From: Octopus vulgaris
Taxonomy: Eukaryota
NCBI GenBank assembly: GCA_951406725.2
Contig: OX597814.1
Coordinates: forward strand, 55,800,001-55,864,000
Reading direction: 5' to 3'
Length of the DNA stretch: 64,000 bases
Shown here: one piece after another, positions 38,328-49,449 of the stretch
How the letters are laid out: every line of letters begins with the position of its first letter
Numbering within the stretch: position 1 is the first letter of the stretch
The notes under the pieces: generated by a model
The model's database searches: none
Told to the model about the DNA's origin: nothing
Seen by the model: the letters and a program-made list of their open reading frames with translations, nothing else
Translations under genes and position numbers: made by a program

Positions 38328-41038
38328 TTAAGGTACTGCTCATGTATCTAAGACTGCACTCCTGCAATACATACACTCACACACATACACTGATTCTGGG
38401 TCACATCCCACCTCACAGAAAGTCATCTGGCTATCTTTTTTTATCACTCAGTCAGGAGAGAAGAGCAGTACCCAAGGCCTTTTGCAGGGCTCCTTAGACT
38501 AGTAAGAGCAGGGAGGAAGGCGTCCTAAAACCAGAGAATTTGCTCAAAGATATCCTCAAACTTCAGACCTGAATCTTGCCATGTACTCCCTTGCTGTACA
38601 CTCCCTTGGCATGTACTCTTTTTTGTATACTCCCGTGTCTGATGATGTTAGAAATCCAATGAACCAGTGATTAGCCACTCATTTGGAAACCTGTAACTTA
38701 CAATGTTATCTTTCATATAATACAATATAAAATAAATAAAAAGCAAATATCCCAAGAGTTAGAGTGAGCATTGCAAATTTCCATTGCTTTCATGATTAGT
38801 AACAGAATCAGACAATGAGGTAAACTAGTTCTCATAGTATTAATTAACTTCTCAATGATCCTGAATTAGTGAGTTGGTTTGTTTTTTTTATCTTTAAATG
38901 AAGGTGTATATTTGACTGTTCAACAATATAATATGACTGATTTTATTTATTTTGTAAACCACTCCACAAAGGAAACATGCTAAATCAACCATGATGGGAT
39001 ACAATCTTTGATGCTTTGATGTTATCAAGTCATTCACTCCACCACTGGGCTATTGTTTAATATGAAAGTGAAATAAATGTTTAACTTGCTTACTGGACAT
39101 CAAATGATCTATTAAGAAAATTATATGAGTATAGAAATGTTTTGTTTTGCATTGTTGTAGCTTTTTTTCTTTTTTTTTTGTGCTTTTTTGCAATAAACAG
39201 AGCAGTGTTAATACTAACAAAATTACATGTAATAACAGCTATACAAGTATATGCATGTCTTTGATCATTCAATAAAGCAGCCAAAAATGGATTTGATAGA
39301 ATCATTCTCAAAACTTTCCATAAGTGAGAACTGAAGATATTGATTGGATAATCTTAATATAGATTTGTGTGATATCTAGAAATATAGATATTCCATAATG
39401 AACAAGTCTCTGACATTCAATACACAACCTGATTAAATACACTGGCAATTGTTTGACTGACAACAAAGGTATGTGGAGCTCATGCGAATTAGATTTATAG
39501 AATTATTAATGTTAGTGCTTTTATGAGATCTGAGACAAATGAAAATCTATCATTGGTCACAATAATAACAATGATAGGGGCACTGGTAAATTATGATGAT
39601 GACGATGATGATGAGATGATGGCGACAACAATGGCAGTGGTGATGACGATGACAACGACAGCAGAATGTGTGAGGTAGGTGGTGATAGTGAGGATGTACA
39701 TGATCCTAATGAATAACTATTATAAATGACTTCAGAAACATTTCAGTTTTAAAGACTTTAATGTTTTTGTGTTGTAAATATGTTATCCCTGTATCATTCT
39801 GTTTAGAGAACACTGCTTTAACTGATAATATTCACAATATTCAATAGTGCGCTTAGCATATTAACTTATGTTATATCAGTTAGATATCAGCACTAATGAA
39901 TGATCAATGAATTCATTATCTTGTGGTAGAAAAAGAAGAAAGTAAATGAAACCATTGCAAGTTTATGTTTTTTGTCTTTTTATTTTTTTAATATTTTGAA
40001 GAGAAGATGCCAGCAATGTCAATAGATCTTCCAAACTCTCTTAAATTCATGGAAAAAAAAATATCTTAGCTTTTGATGTGCAATTTGAATTACTGCATAC
40101 AGTAAGTTGCAGAAGATAAAAAAGAAATCCAGAGAACTTAGAGAGAATGGAAGTTCTTGAAATTGACAAGGATGAAAAGAATAATTAGTTATGTAAAGTA
40201 TTTGGATCTGCAGACACAATAGGACAGATGAGGAGAGAAGAAATCTATGGTTCAAAGAATAACTGGTAACATTTGATAAGTTCATATGAATAGAGATAAT
40301 GGTAGTGGAGACAAAGGGAGCATGGTTTTTGGTACTGCTGTTGAACCTTGGATTAGCTCTGATTCAAGCAGACCTTGTAATTACAGGTATCTAAACCATG
40401 ACCACAATGTGTTTTTCAGATTATAGTCTAAGGAACACTGCATTATGCTATTACTCCTCAAGTTTTTATTTTTAAGATGGTACAGTCTGATCTGAAGGAT
40501 ATTTGATTGTTATTCTTAGCAGTTTTTAGGAGCTCCAGTATTAGCCTGTGATTCTCAGTTATAAAAAAAACTGATAGCATCTTTCTTTTAATATAAATAT
40601 AGATATATATCAGCATCAACATATCATCCTTTAATGTAAATTTTCCATGCTGGCATTAGATGGGCTTCACCAGTGCTCAAGTGGTACTTACTTTATCAAT
40701 CCTGAAAAGCAAAGTCAACATAACTGGTATCACAACTCAGAACACATAAAGCCAGAAGAAATGCTGCAAAGCATTTTGTCCAATGCAGTAATGATTCTGC
40801 TGGTTCATAAATACATATACATAATGTACTGTTGTATTATTAGTGGGAATGGACTCAACTCTTGATTTTTCTTATTCTTTTTTCTTATTTCACTCTTTTC
40901 ATTTGCCTTCCTTTTGTCTTTTTTTGTGTCTTCTCAAAGACCAACATCCTTTCTCACTTTTAGCAATGTCAGACAGGTTGTATAATTGAGTCTGTAAGAT
41001 GGCTTGGATTTAAATACTGTGCGTATGTGTATCTGTGT

Positions 41039-41072
<34 letters not shown>

Positions 41073-41120
41073 AAAAATATAAATATATGAAAGAATGGAG
41101 CTGAACGACGAATTAACAAA

Positions 41121-41222
41121 ATTCCTTTGTTTTCGACATATGTTTCGAAGGCTGCATATTCCTAATTGCGAAGGAATAAGGAGTACATTATGCCGCTTTC
41201 TCATCAGGAAAAGCAAGGAACT
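41121..41222 (-). ncRNA. Type I hammerhead ribozyme, mirror copy on the minus strand
   Basis: Reverse complement of the 41349-41449 motif. tcatcag at 41201-41207 and gac at 41135-41137. Confidence 0.8.
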
Positions 41223-41348
41223 TATGTCAACATCAAAATGCACAAAAAACTTTTAGATGATTGCTCACACGGAGCCCATAGCGATAATCGCTATGGGCTC
41301 CGTGTGAGCAATCATCTAAAAGTTTTTGTGCATTTTGATGTTGACATA

Positions 41349-41449
41349 AGTTCCTTGCTTTCCTGATGAGAAAGCGGCATAATGTACTCCTTATTCCTTC
41401 GCAATTAGAATATGCAGCCTTCGAAACATATGTCGAAAACAAAGGAATT
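41349..41449 (+). ncRNA. Type I hammerhead ribozyme (intact core, long stem II, minimal palindromic stem III)
   Basis: ttccttgctttc CTGATGA gaaagcggcata...tatgcagccttc GAAAC ATAT GTC^ gaaaacaaaggaa. Predicted cleavage after C41434. Confidence 0.8.
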
Positions 41450-41641
41450 TTGTTAATTCGTCGTTCAGCTCCATTCTTTCATATATTTATATTTTTAGAA
41501 TAAACATACAAATTTCCACATGAAAGCACGTAATTTATGCCCTAGGCACGTAACTTCAACCGTGTTTTTTCTTATGTGAATTTGCTACCCAGGTATCGGT
41601 TAATTCAAATTATCCTTAATAAGATAATTCATTCAACTACT

Positions 41642-41707
<66 letters not shown>

Positions 41708-42903
41708 TGCACACACATAAAGCAATGATGTTGAAAATGCACTTGGAATCTTTAAGAAGATTTACTTACATTAATTTAGCTAGTTTCACAAATTCATGAT
41801 TTTCAAAATCAGTGTCACATAGAGTGATGTGAAGTTATGCCATAACTGTTTTAACTGTGACAGAAATTTTGGCTTATATTGTGATCAGTTAATGTACATT
41901 TTGTTTATTTGAAAATATACATGAAATTTGGTGTGTGTGAGTGTCTATGCACATATGTGAATGTGTTTAATATATTCCAGAACAACTACATAATTTTATT
42001 CAATAGAATACAGTTGTTTAAGCTCAAAAAACAAGATAACACTGGGTATTGAGTGCTGCTGTGTATTTTTGTAGCACTGTCTGAGCTAAAAAATTTATTC
42101 AGAAAAGACCTTAAATATATATGTGTGCACACACATATATACATCCATACACCCGAATACATAGAACACATACACTAACAAACACACATACACACACATA
42201 CTTACATTCATACATACATACATACATACACACACAAATACGCAAGTATATGTATGCAAATAAATATATATATATATAAATGGGCTTCATATCATTAGCA
42301 TAATGAAAAATATCTTATACTTAATTCAAAGGTCTCTGAAATAAAAGTTTATGATTAAAACTGTTACGAACCAGATATAAATGGCTAGTCACACAAACAT
42401 ACACATATAGGCAAACATATATATAATCTTGCATTAACACACACACACACACAAACATACAGTCTTATATACATGCACATGTATACATACACACCCATAC
42501 ATACATACATACATACATACATTGGTTTATATATTCATTCTTAACATGTTCCCACAGACTTGGACATAAATATGCTTTTTACTTGATTTTTATTGGTTTC
42601 TGCCTTCAGAGAACCATTTCTCACTTAAAACAGTTTGTGTTGACAATGAACACACACACTTCAGTGATACAGTTGAATGTTAGTAACTCAATGTTTTGGT
42701 TGATTGTGCCTGTGAAAAGCATATTTATGTTTGAGTCTACTGGAACATCTCAAGAATGAATATACTCTTTTACTTGTTTCAGTCATTTGACTGCGGCCAT
42801 GCTGGAGCACTGCTAAGTTACGGGGACGTAAACACCAACATCGGTTGTCAAGCGATGTTGGGGGGGGGGGCAAACACAGACACAGAAACACACACACATA
42901 CAT

Positions 42904-42956
<53 letters not shown>

Positions 42957-43304
42957 CATATATATCACAGGCTTCTTTCAGTTTCCGTCTACCAAATCCA
43001 CTCACAAGGCTTTGGTCAGCCCGAGGCTATAGTAGAAGACACTTGCCCAAGGTGCTACACAGTGGGACTGAACACAGAACCATGTGGTTGGTAAGCAAGC
43101 TACTTACCACACAGCCACTCCTGCACCTGATATATATAAAAATATACATATGATATTTATATATATATAGTTTACTGTTCTTTTAAGGTAAGATCAAGAA
43201 AAAGTACCACATCCAGTGAGAGAAAAATGTCATTTAATGTACACTGTAAAAAGATATATATCATATATATAAATATATCATATATATGTATATCATTTAT
43301 ATGT

Positions 43305-43344
<40 letters not shown>

Positions 43345-43347
<3 letters not shown>

Positions 43348-43652
43348 AATCTCAGAGCGAGTTATAAACAGTAGCTACAACACATCGTGACGTATATTTG
43401 CCATTTAAATATGGCTAATCCCTAAGGGTGGATGCTACTGTAGTTTGTAGCCCCAGGAGGACACCTCCTCCAGCTGGCTATAGACACACTTTCTGTGCCC
43501 TATCAGTATTTGCAAAGGGAAGCCACCCTTCCCGTCTTCAATGGCACAGAAAGTGTGTCTATAGCCAGCTGGAGGAGGTGTCCTCCTGGGGCTACAAACT
43601 ACAGTAGCATCCACCCTTAGGGGTTAGCCATATTTAAATGGCAAATATACGT
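43345..43652. repeat. Young fold-back element in (TA)n (110-bp arms, 43-bp spacer)
   Basis: Arms 43390-43499 / 43543-43652 with one mismatch, plus a one-sided extension 43345-43389 as in the Penelope-type fold-backs. Confidence 0.85.
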
Positions 43653-43752
43653 ATATATATAGTTATGCGTATATATATATATATATATATAGTTATGCAT
43701 ATATATATATATATAGTTATGCATTGTGGCTGCGTAGTAAGAAGCTTGCTTC

Positions 43753-45602
43753 TGGTTCCAGTTGTTAGTTGTTCTTCACTTGCCACGCTGGTGTTCAGCT
43801 CCTTGAGTCCAGTAAGATTTGTTGCTTGTAGGTTTTATTTTTTTGTACTACCAAGGAATCCTTACTGGATTCTGAGCTTTTTGTCTGCCTTGCGGTGGAG
43901 ATGTGAGTGTTTTCTCACATAATTGTGAGAAATTGTGTTTTCCTTGTGGATTATTGGCCAGGAGTACCTTTTCGGCCAAAAATTAATTTCTTTGCCAGGA
44001 TTTGAACTCTTTTCACAGCTATCATTTATTTTGAAAAAAAAAAAAACTTTTATTGAACTGTTAGTTTTATTTTTTCTTCCCTTCTGTTGTGTCTTTCTTT
44101 ATTTTACACTTTGAACTATATTTGAACTTTTTTAAATGGCAAAGGAATTACTTGTGTGGCATTTAACGCCTCCCAAAAAATGGATGAAAGAGCTCGAAAG
44201 GAAGATGGTGGTGTTGAGGACTTATTCAAAGTCATTTGACACCATAACCATCTTCCCGAAGGCCACAATTTTGAAGGAGCTGGCAGAGTATATGCTAGCT
44301 ATTAAATTCATTTCACGGGGAGTCAAGTATGCAATGGTCTGGCTGCTATTTGACTCCCCCCAAGAAGCTTGCGATTTTGCAAGTCGGCCCCTCGAGGGCA
44401 AGGAAATCATGTTCCTTCCCAGCTATTGTGGGAAGAGGTTATTGAGAGCTTGGGTCTGCGGTTTGCCACCCGGAATTGAGCCCAAGTGGTTAGAGGACTC
44501 TATCCGCCGGGGTCTGGGTGGTAGCAGTACCAAGCTGCTTAATGTGAAAATCTTGCCTGCGATTGATTGGGAGGGGTCAAAAGCTGTTCTGACCCTATGG
44601 ACCCAATCAGCCGAAAGTCTGGTCTTTCCAGATTTTTTGAGGATGGCCGGGTCTAGGTATCTGGTGATGCTCGAGGGATGCCCCCCCCCCAAGTGTCACC
44701 TGTACCTGGAGACCGGCCACATTAAGAAAAACTGCCCCAAGGACCAAAATAGGATCCTGGAGCAGTTAATAGTGGAATCTCTCCCTGCTCCCTCAATGGA
44801 GGGAGAGAAGGAAAAGGATGACAAGGAGGTTTCCACATCCTCGAAAAAACGAAAACAAAAGGTGGGCAACAATGGTTGCCCACCGAAGGACCTGAGAGCT
44901 GCGGGAGAAAAGAAGGATCTGCTGCATGCATTACAGGAACCTCACCCTCCCACGACCCAAGGGAAAAAGAAAAGAAAGAAGAAAAATGGGACATTGCCTG
45001 GCGGGTGTGCCGCTGGAAGGATGAATTTGTGGTCTTCTTCTACAAAGGAGGAACCGTAGAAAATCAAATCAGGAAAATAGAAAGGAGGGGCTTCTGTCCT
45101 GCACAGAAGACCCTGAGTGGCCTTCGCAGGTGGCTGCATAGGACCTATGGGATAGTGATCTGTGCAGGATCATGAATTCCTTCCCGGAGGACTCCTACAG
45201 ATTTATGTCTGTGTGGTTCGGCCTGGAACCGAGTACATGCTTCAATGAAGCAAGGAGTCTGGTCAGCCAGATAACTTAAACTTTTGGACTCAAAAAAGAG
45301 TCTACTAAATGTGAAATATGTGACTTTTTGTGTAATGTACGAGGTTTATAGACTCATTGTGTTTTAAAAAAGAAAGAATTGTGAACATTGTGTTTTTTAT
45401 GTAAGAGGTTTATAGCCTCTTTGTGTTTTGGGGGAAAAAGGAAAAAAGAACATTGTTTTAGAGAAGCGAAAGTCGGCGGGCGCTTTTCGTCTTCTCCCAT
45501 CATCATCATTTTTGCATCATTATCATTCATCCCATTAATGTCCATGTCCAGCCCACAAATCTTCTATCTGTGTGATGCCCTTGTGGCAAATTAAATGAAA
45601 TA
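43753..45602 (+). mobile_element. ORF1-only (HAL1-like) non-LTR retroelement inserted in a SINE head
   Basis: 14-bp TSD aagaagcttgcttc (43739-43752, 45603-45616). The SINE starts before the element and resumes after it. It has a 5'UTR, one ORF1-like ORF, a 3' hairpin tgcc-cttgt-ggca and an A-rich end. No EN or RT is present. Confidence 0.8.
44136..45059 (+). CDS. L1/Tx1-like ORF1 (gag-like nucleic-acid-binding protein with a zinc knuckle), probably slightly decayed
   Basis: 307-aa ORF. EGCPPPKCHLYLETGHIKKNCP is a CX2CX4HX4C knuckle with the second C changed to Y. Basic tail. A probable frameshifted continuation (WDIAWRVCRWKDEFVVFFY...) runs to about 45277. Confidence 0.7.
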   Translation: MAKELLVWHLTPPKKWMKELERKMVVLRTYSKSFDTITIFPKATILKELAEYMLAIKFISRGVKYAMVWLLFDSPQEACDFASRPLEGKEIMFLPSYCGKRLLRAWVCGLPPGIEPKWLEDSIRRGLGGSSTKLLNVKILPAIDWEGSKAVLTLWTQSAESLVFPDFLRMAGSRYLVMLEGCPPPKCHLYLETGHIKKNCPKDQNRILEQLIVESLPAPSMEGEKEKDDKEVSTSSKKRKQKVGNNGCPPKDLRAAGEKKDLLHALQEPHPPTTQGKKKRKKKNGTLPGGCAAGRMNLWSSSTKEEP

Positions 45603-45885
45603 AAGAAGCTTGCTTCCCAACCACATGGTTCCATGTTCAGTCCTACTGCATGGCACCTTGGGCAAGTGTCTTCTACTATAGCCTCGAGCTGACCAAAGAC
45701 TTGTGAGTGGATTCGGTAGATGGAAGCTGAAAGAAGCCCGTCGAATATATACATATGTGTGTTTGTCCCCAATGTTGTTGTGTTTACAACCCTGTAACTT
45801 AGCGGTTCAGTGAAAGAGACAGAAAGAATAAGTACTAGGCTTACAAAGAATAAGTCCTGGGGTCGATTTGCTCGACTAAAGGCGC

Positions 45886-46309
45886 TGCTCCAGCATGGCT
45901 GCAGTCAAATGACTGAAACAAGTAAAAGAGTATATTCATTCTTGAGATGTTCCAGTAGACTCAAACATACATATGCTTTTCACAGGCACAATGAACCAAA
46001 ACATTGAGTTACTAACATTCAACTGTATCACTGAAGTGTGTGTGTTCATTGTCAACACAAACTGTTTTAAGTGAGAAATGGTTCTCTGAAGGCAGAAACC
46101 AATAAAAATCATGTAAAAAGCATATTTATGTCCAAGTCTGTGGGAACATGTTAAGAATGAATATATAAACCATTGTATGTATGTATGTAGATATGTATGG
46201 GTGTGTATGTATACATGTGCATGTATATGTATGTATATAAGACTGTATGTGTGTGTGTGTGTGTTAATGCAAGATTATATATATGTTTGCCTATATGTGT
46301 ATGTTTGTG
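45886..46309 (-). repeat. Inverted duplication of 42392-42810, followed by a direct duplication of the SINE tail (45701-45930 to 46305-46530)
   Basis: Near-identical reverse complement that includes unique sequence. Junctions fall in SINE homology and in a ttgtg microhomology. Confidence 0.9.
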
Positions 46310-46544
46310 AGTGGATTCGGTAGACGGAAGCTGAAAAAAGCCCGTCGAATATATACATATGTGTGTTTGTCCCCAATGTTGTGTTTACATCCCTGTAACT
46401 TAGTAGTTCAGTGAAAGAGACAGAAAGAATAAGTACTAGGCTTACAAAAAATAAGTCCTGGGGTTGATTTGTTCAACTAAGGCAGTGCTTCAGCATGGGT
46501 GCTGTCAAATGACTGAAATAAGTAAAAGAATATATATATACGTT

Positions 46545-47890
46545 TAAATATTTGTTGTGCAAGATTTTTTATGTGAAGTCGTGTGTTGAAACAGATATTG
46601 TTATATTTCGGAATGGTCATATTGCCAGTTTAGCCAATAAAAACACACGCACTATATATTTGGTGTTATTTTGCTTCAGTGATATTTATTTTTTACATTA
46701 ATCTTAATCTTATTTCGGCCAAAGTTCTTTCGTCACACTCCTGTGACCGCATCAGTGGTCCTTTGTTTTCTTCTCACTTACTTGTGTCTCTCCTTACTAA
46801 CCGTCAGCCATTTTGTATTTCTATTGTATGTCTTCATTTGCGCATGCTTATATCTCTATGTGCGTCTATGTTTATTTAGTGTGGGGGGGGATGTCTGTAA
46901 TATTTGTATCTTCTGGTTATATACATTCTTGTAATTTGTATTTTGTTTTTGTTGTTGTTGCTTTTGTTCTAATTTTGTTCATGTGTTTACATCCACCCAT
47001 TATTATCATTACATATGCTTGTATGTATGTATAACAACAATATTAGTAATAATAATAATAAATCTAATCGAGAAAAAAAAAAAAAAAGAAAAAAAAAAAG
47101 AATATACATATATATATATATACATACATATACATATACATATATATATATACATATATACACACACATATACACATATACATATACACATATATACACA
47201 TATACATACACATAGATATTCATTTCTATTTCTTTAATTACCTGTGTATTTATTATGTTTGCAGGATCCACTATTGTCATATGTTGTGGTGTGCGCTATT
47301 GCTCCATTCTAGTTTTCTATTCAGGCTAGGTTTATTTTCTATTATATGTGTAGCTTCTGTAATTTGTCTAATTGTTGCATCTGTTCTATGTGTGGACAAT
47401 ATCTTAATCTCTATGTTATTGATTGATCCCCCGTGTTCTTGTTCGGCGTGTTGGTACAGAATCGATGAGCTTTTACCTTCCTTGAGTTGTCTCCAATGTT
47501 CATTCACCCGCTCACCAATGCTTCTTGCAGTTTCCCCTACGTATGTTACTGTCTTGTTACTGCATCTTCCCTCTATACATCTTATACTATAGACCACATT
47601 TCTGGCTTTACAGTTCGTTTGTGGGCTAAATCTACATACAGTGCAATAGTTATCCGTACAGAGAGTTCTACTAAAAGGATAGGTTCTACCAATTATAGAT
47701 CTGATAGGGTTGCCTGGCTTTTCAACAACCTTAATTCTTAGTTTAAGTTTATCTAGGGTCCTTCTAAAGCGGTACGCTAGTTCACCTCCAGGGGTGGTGT
47801 CAACGAACATGACACTCTGGTATTTATGGCTATCATACCAAGAGTTGGCCTTCCTTATTTTCTTTTTTGTCCTTTCTATAGTGTTCCATG
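46545..47890 (-). mobile_element. Penelope-like element 3' part (Neptune-like zinc-finger linker plus GIY-YIG, 3'UTR, hammerhead variant at 46717-46761)
   Basis: GIY-YIG ORF, then on the same strand ggacca CTGATGC g gtcac-aggagt-gtgac GAAAG aa CTT tggcc. Ends at (TA)n. Confidence 0.85.
47277..47810 (-). CDS. GIY-YIG endonuclease domain of a Penelope-like element (5'-truncated, open frame)
   Basis: [11 protein letters not shown]...VVEKPG...C...CTVC...[11 protein letters not shown]...C...[16 protein letters not shown]...H...RQITEA...LNRKLEW. Confidence 0.9.
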   Translation of the reverse strand: MFVDTTPGGELAYRFRRTLDKLKLRIKVVEKPGNPIRSIIGRTYPFSRTLCTDNYCTVCRFSPQTNCKARNVVYSIRCIEGRCSNKTVTYVGETARSIGERVNEHWRQLKEGKSSSILYQHAEQEHGGSINNIEIKILSTHRTDATIRQITEATHIIENKPSLNRKLEWSNSAHHNI

Positions 47891-48062
47891 TAGTTATGCA
47901 TATATATATATGTGTGTGTGTGTGTGTTTGTACACATGTATGTATATATGTGTGTGTGTGTATGTCTGTATAATTAAGTGATGTCTAAGGGTATGATTAG
48001 GTATATATATGTGCATGTATAACTATGTGATGTATGTATGTATGTATATATATATTATTTAT

Positions 48063-48094
<32 letters not shown>

Positions 48095-48683
48095 ATGAAG
48101 ACTTTTTACATGGAAGTGCTAATATATACACATGCATACATGTACACACACGCTCACTCACACACATATTTGTTTCTATCTTTTTATACTAGCCACAACG
48201 TATGTCCATGTAGGAAGTGCAGTGTTCTGTTAGGGAAAAAAATACCATTACAGGTGAAAGTTGTTAATTCATTTAAGTAGTTTTATATAGTTCTGTTGCT
48301 GTGAGTTATTTCGTTAAATACCTGGCAATGAATTGCAAAATAAGATGTAGCTTATATTGATCTTTTAATTTGTAACGTTCTTGCAAGCTATACTAGTAAC
48401 CTAATTATTCTCATATAAATTAACAATACTAGTAGCCATTACTCAATTAACAACACTGTTATTCACTGCGACATTAGCAGCACATTAATTTTGGCTACAT
48501 TAAATATTTCATTCAGGTACTGCTTATATGTCTTGGACCATACTGCTGCTACACACACATGCATGCACCCCACCACACACAGACTCATACACATACACAC
48601 ACCACACATACATACATATACATGTGCACACATGCAAACACATAACATATACACATGCACATACACATACAAACATACACTTG

Positions 48684-48714
<31 letters not shown>

Positions 48715-48940
48715 GTTCTGGATCACATGCCTTGCTTCCAAAGTATCAACTGGCTTTTTCTTCTTATCATTTCATATCAATAATTTTTTATAGAACCACC
48801 AAAACTTGTGGTGGGGAGGAAGGAGCAAAGAAATATCCTTAAAAACCACTGAATACTTGCAACAAAATGAACTTCTACTAAATATATCCAAGGACCAAGT
48901 TGTGCTATTAAACCAGATGATGAATTATGTAGGTCAGGGT

Positions 48941-49449
48941 CAGGCATGGGCAACCTTTCTTGAGAAGCAGGTTGAATAAGATATGGCTCATCATCAGGTG
49001 AGTTGCACTTCTGAAAATAATTTGGGTTGGATTGCCCATGTTCTGTCTATTGCAAGATGAGGGCCTCAGCATGTTATCTCCACCAACCAGTTGGATGTGT
49101 AAGCCGTGCATTTGAGCTTGAGTCTACTTTGCCACACTGGCTTGATATGGCTTGGCAGAGGGATGCAGTTTTTATACTCATACCCAGGAGCACTTAAGTG
49201 AATTAGATTGACACCAGAGTTGAACTGGAGCATTTTATTGACTTTGAAAGGATGAAAAGCAAAGTCGACCTTGGTGGAATTTGAACTCAGAATGTAAGGA
49301 TGGATGAAATACTGCTAAGCATTTCATCCAGTGTGCTAATGATTCTACCAGCTTTCTGCCATAAAAAAATTTTAATGAACGTTATTTTCTTTGAGAAATT
49401 TTGGTATGTCATTCAGGAAGTCCTGTGGGCTGCAATTTGCCCATGATTG
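48941..49449. mobile_element. hAT/Charlie-like MITE with a nested SINE
   Basis: caggcatgggcaacc ... ttgcccatgattg. No clear TSD. Confidence 0.45.

Larger units (their letters stand above)
41072..41645 (+). mobile_element. Young Penelope-type terminus with an inverted copy, forming a 426-bp palindrome (41072-41497) in (TA)n
   Basis: Arms of 214 and 211 bp around a 1-nt spacer at 41286. They differ only by three homopolymer indels. A unique 3' tail runs 41498-41645. Confidence 0.9.

Noticed and set aside
39590-39700. Acidic (Asp-rich) coding exon
   Set aside because: Degenerate (GAT)n microsatellite with no supported splice sites or ORF.
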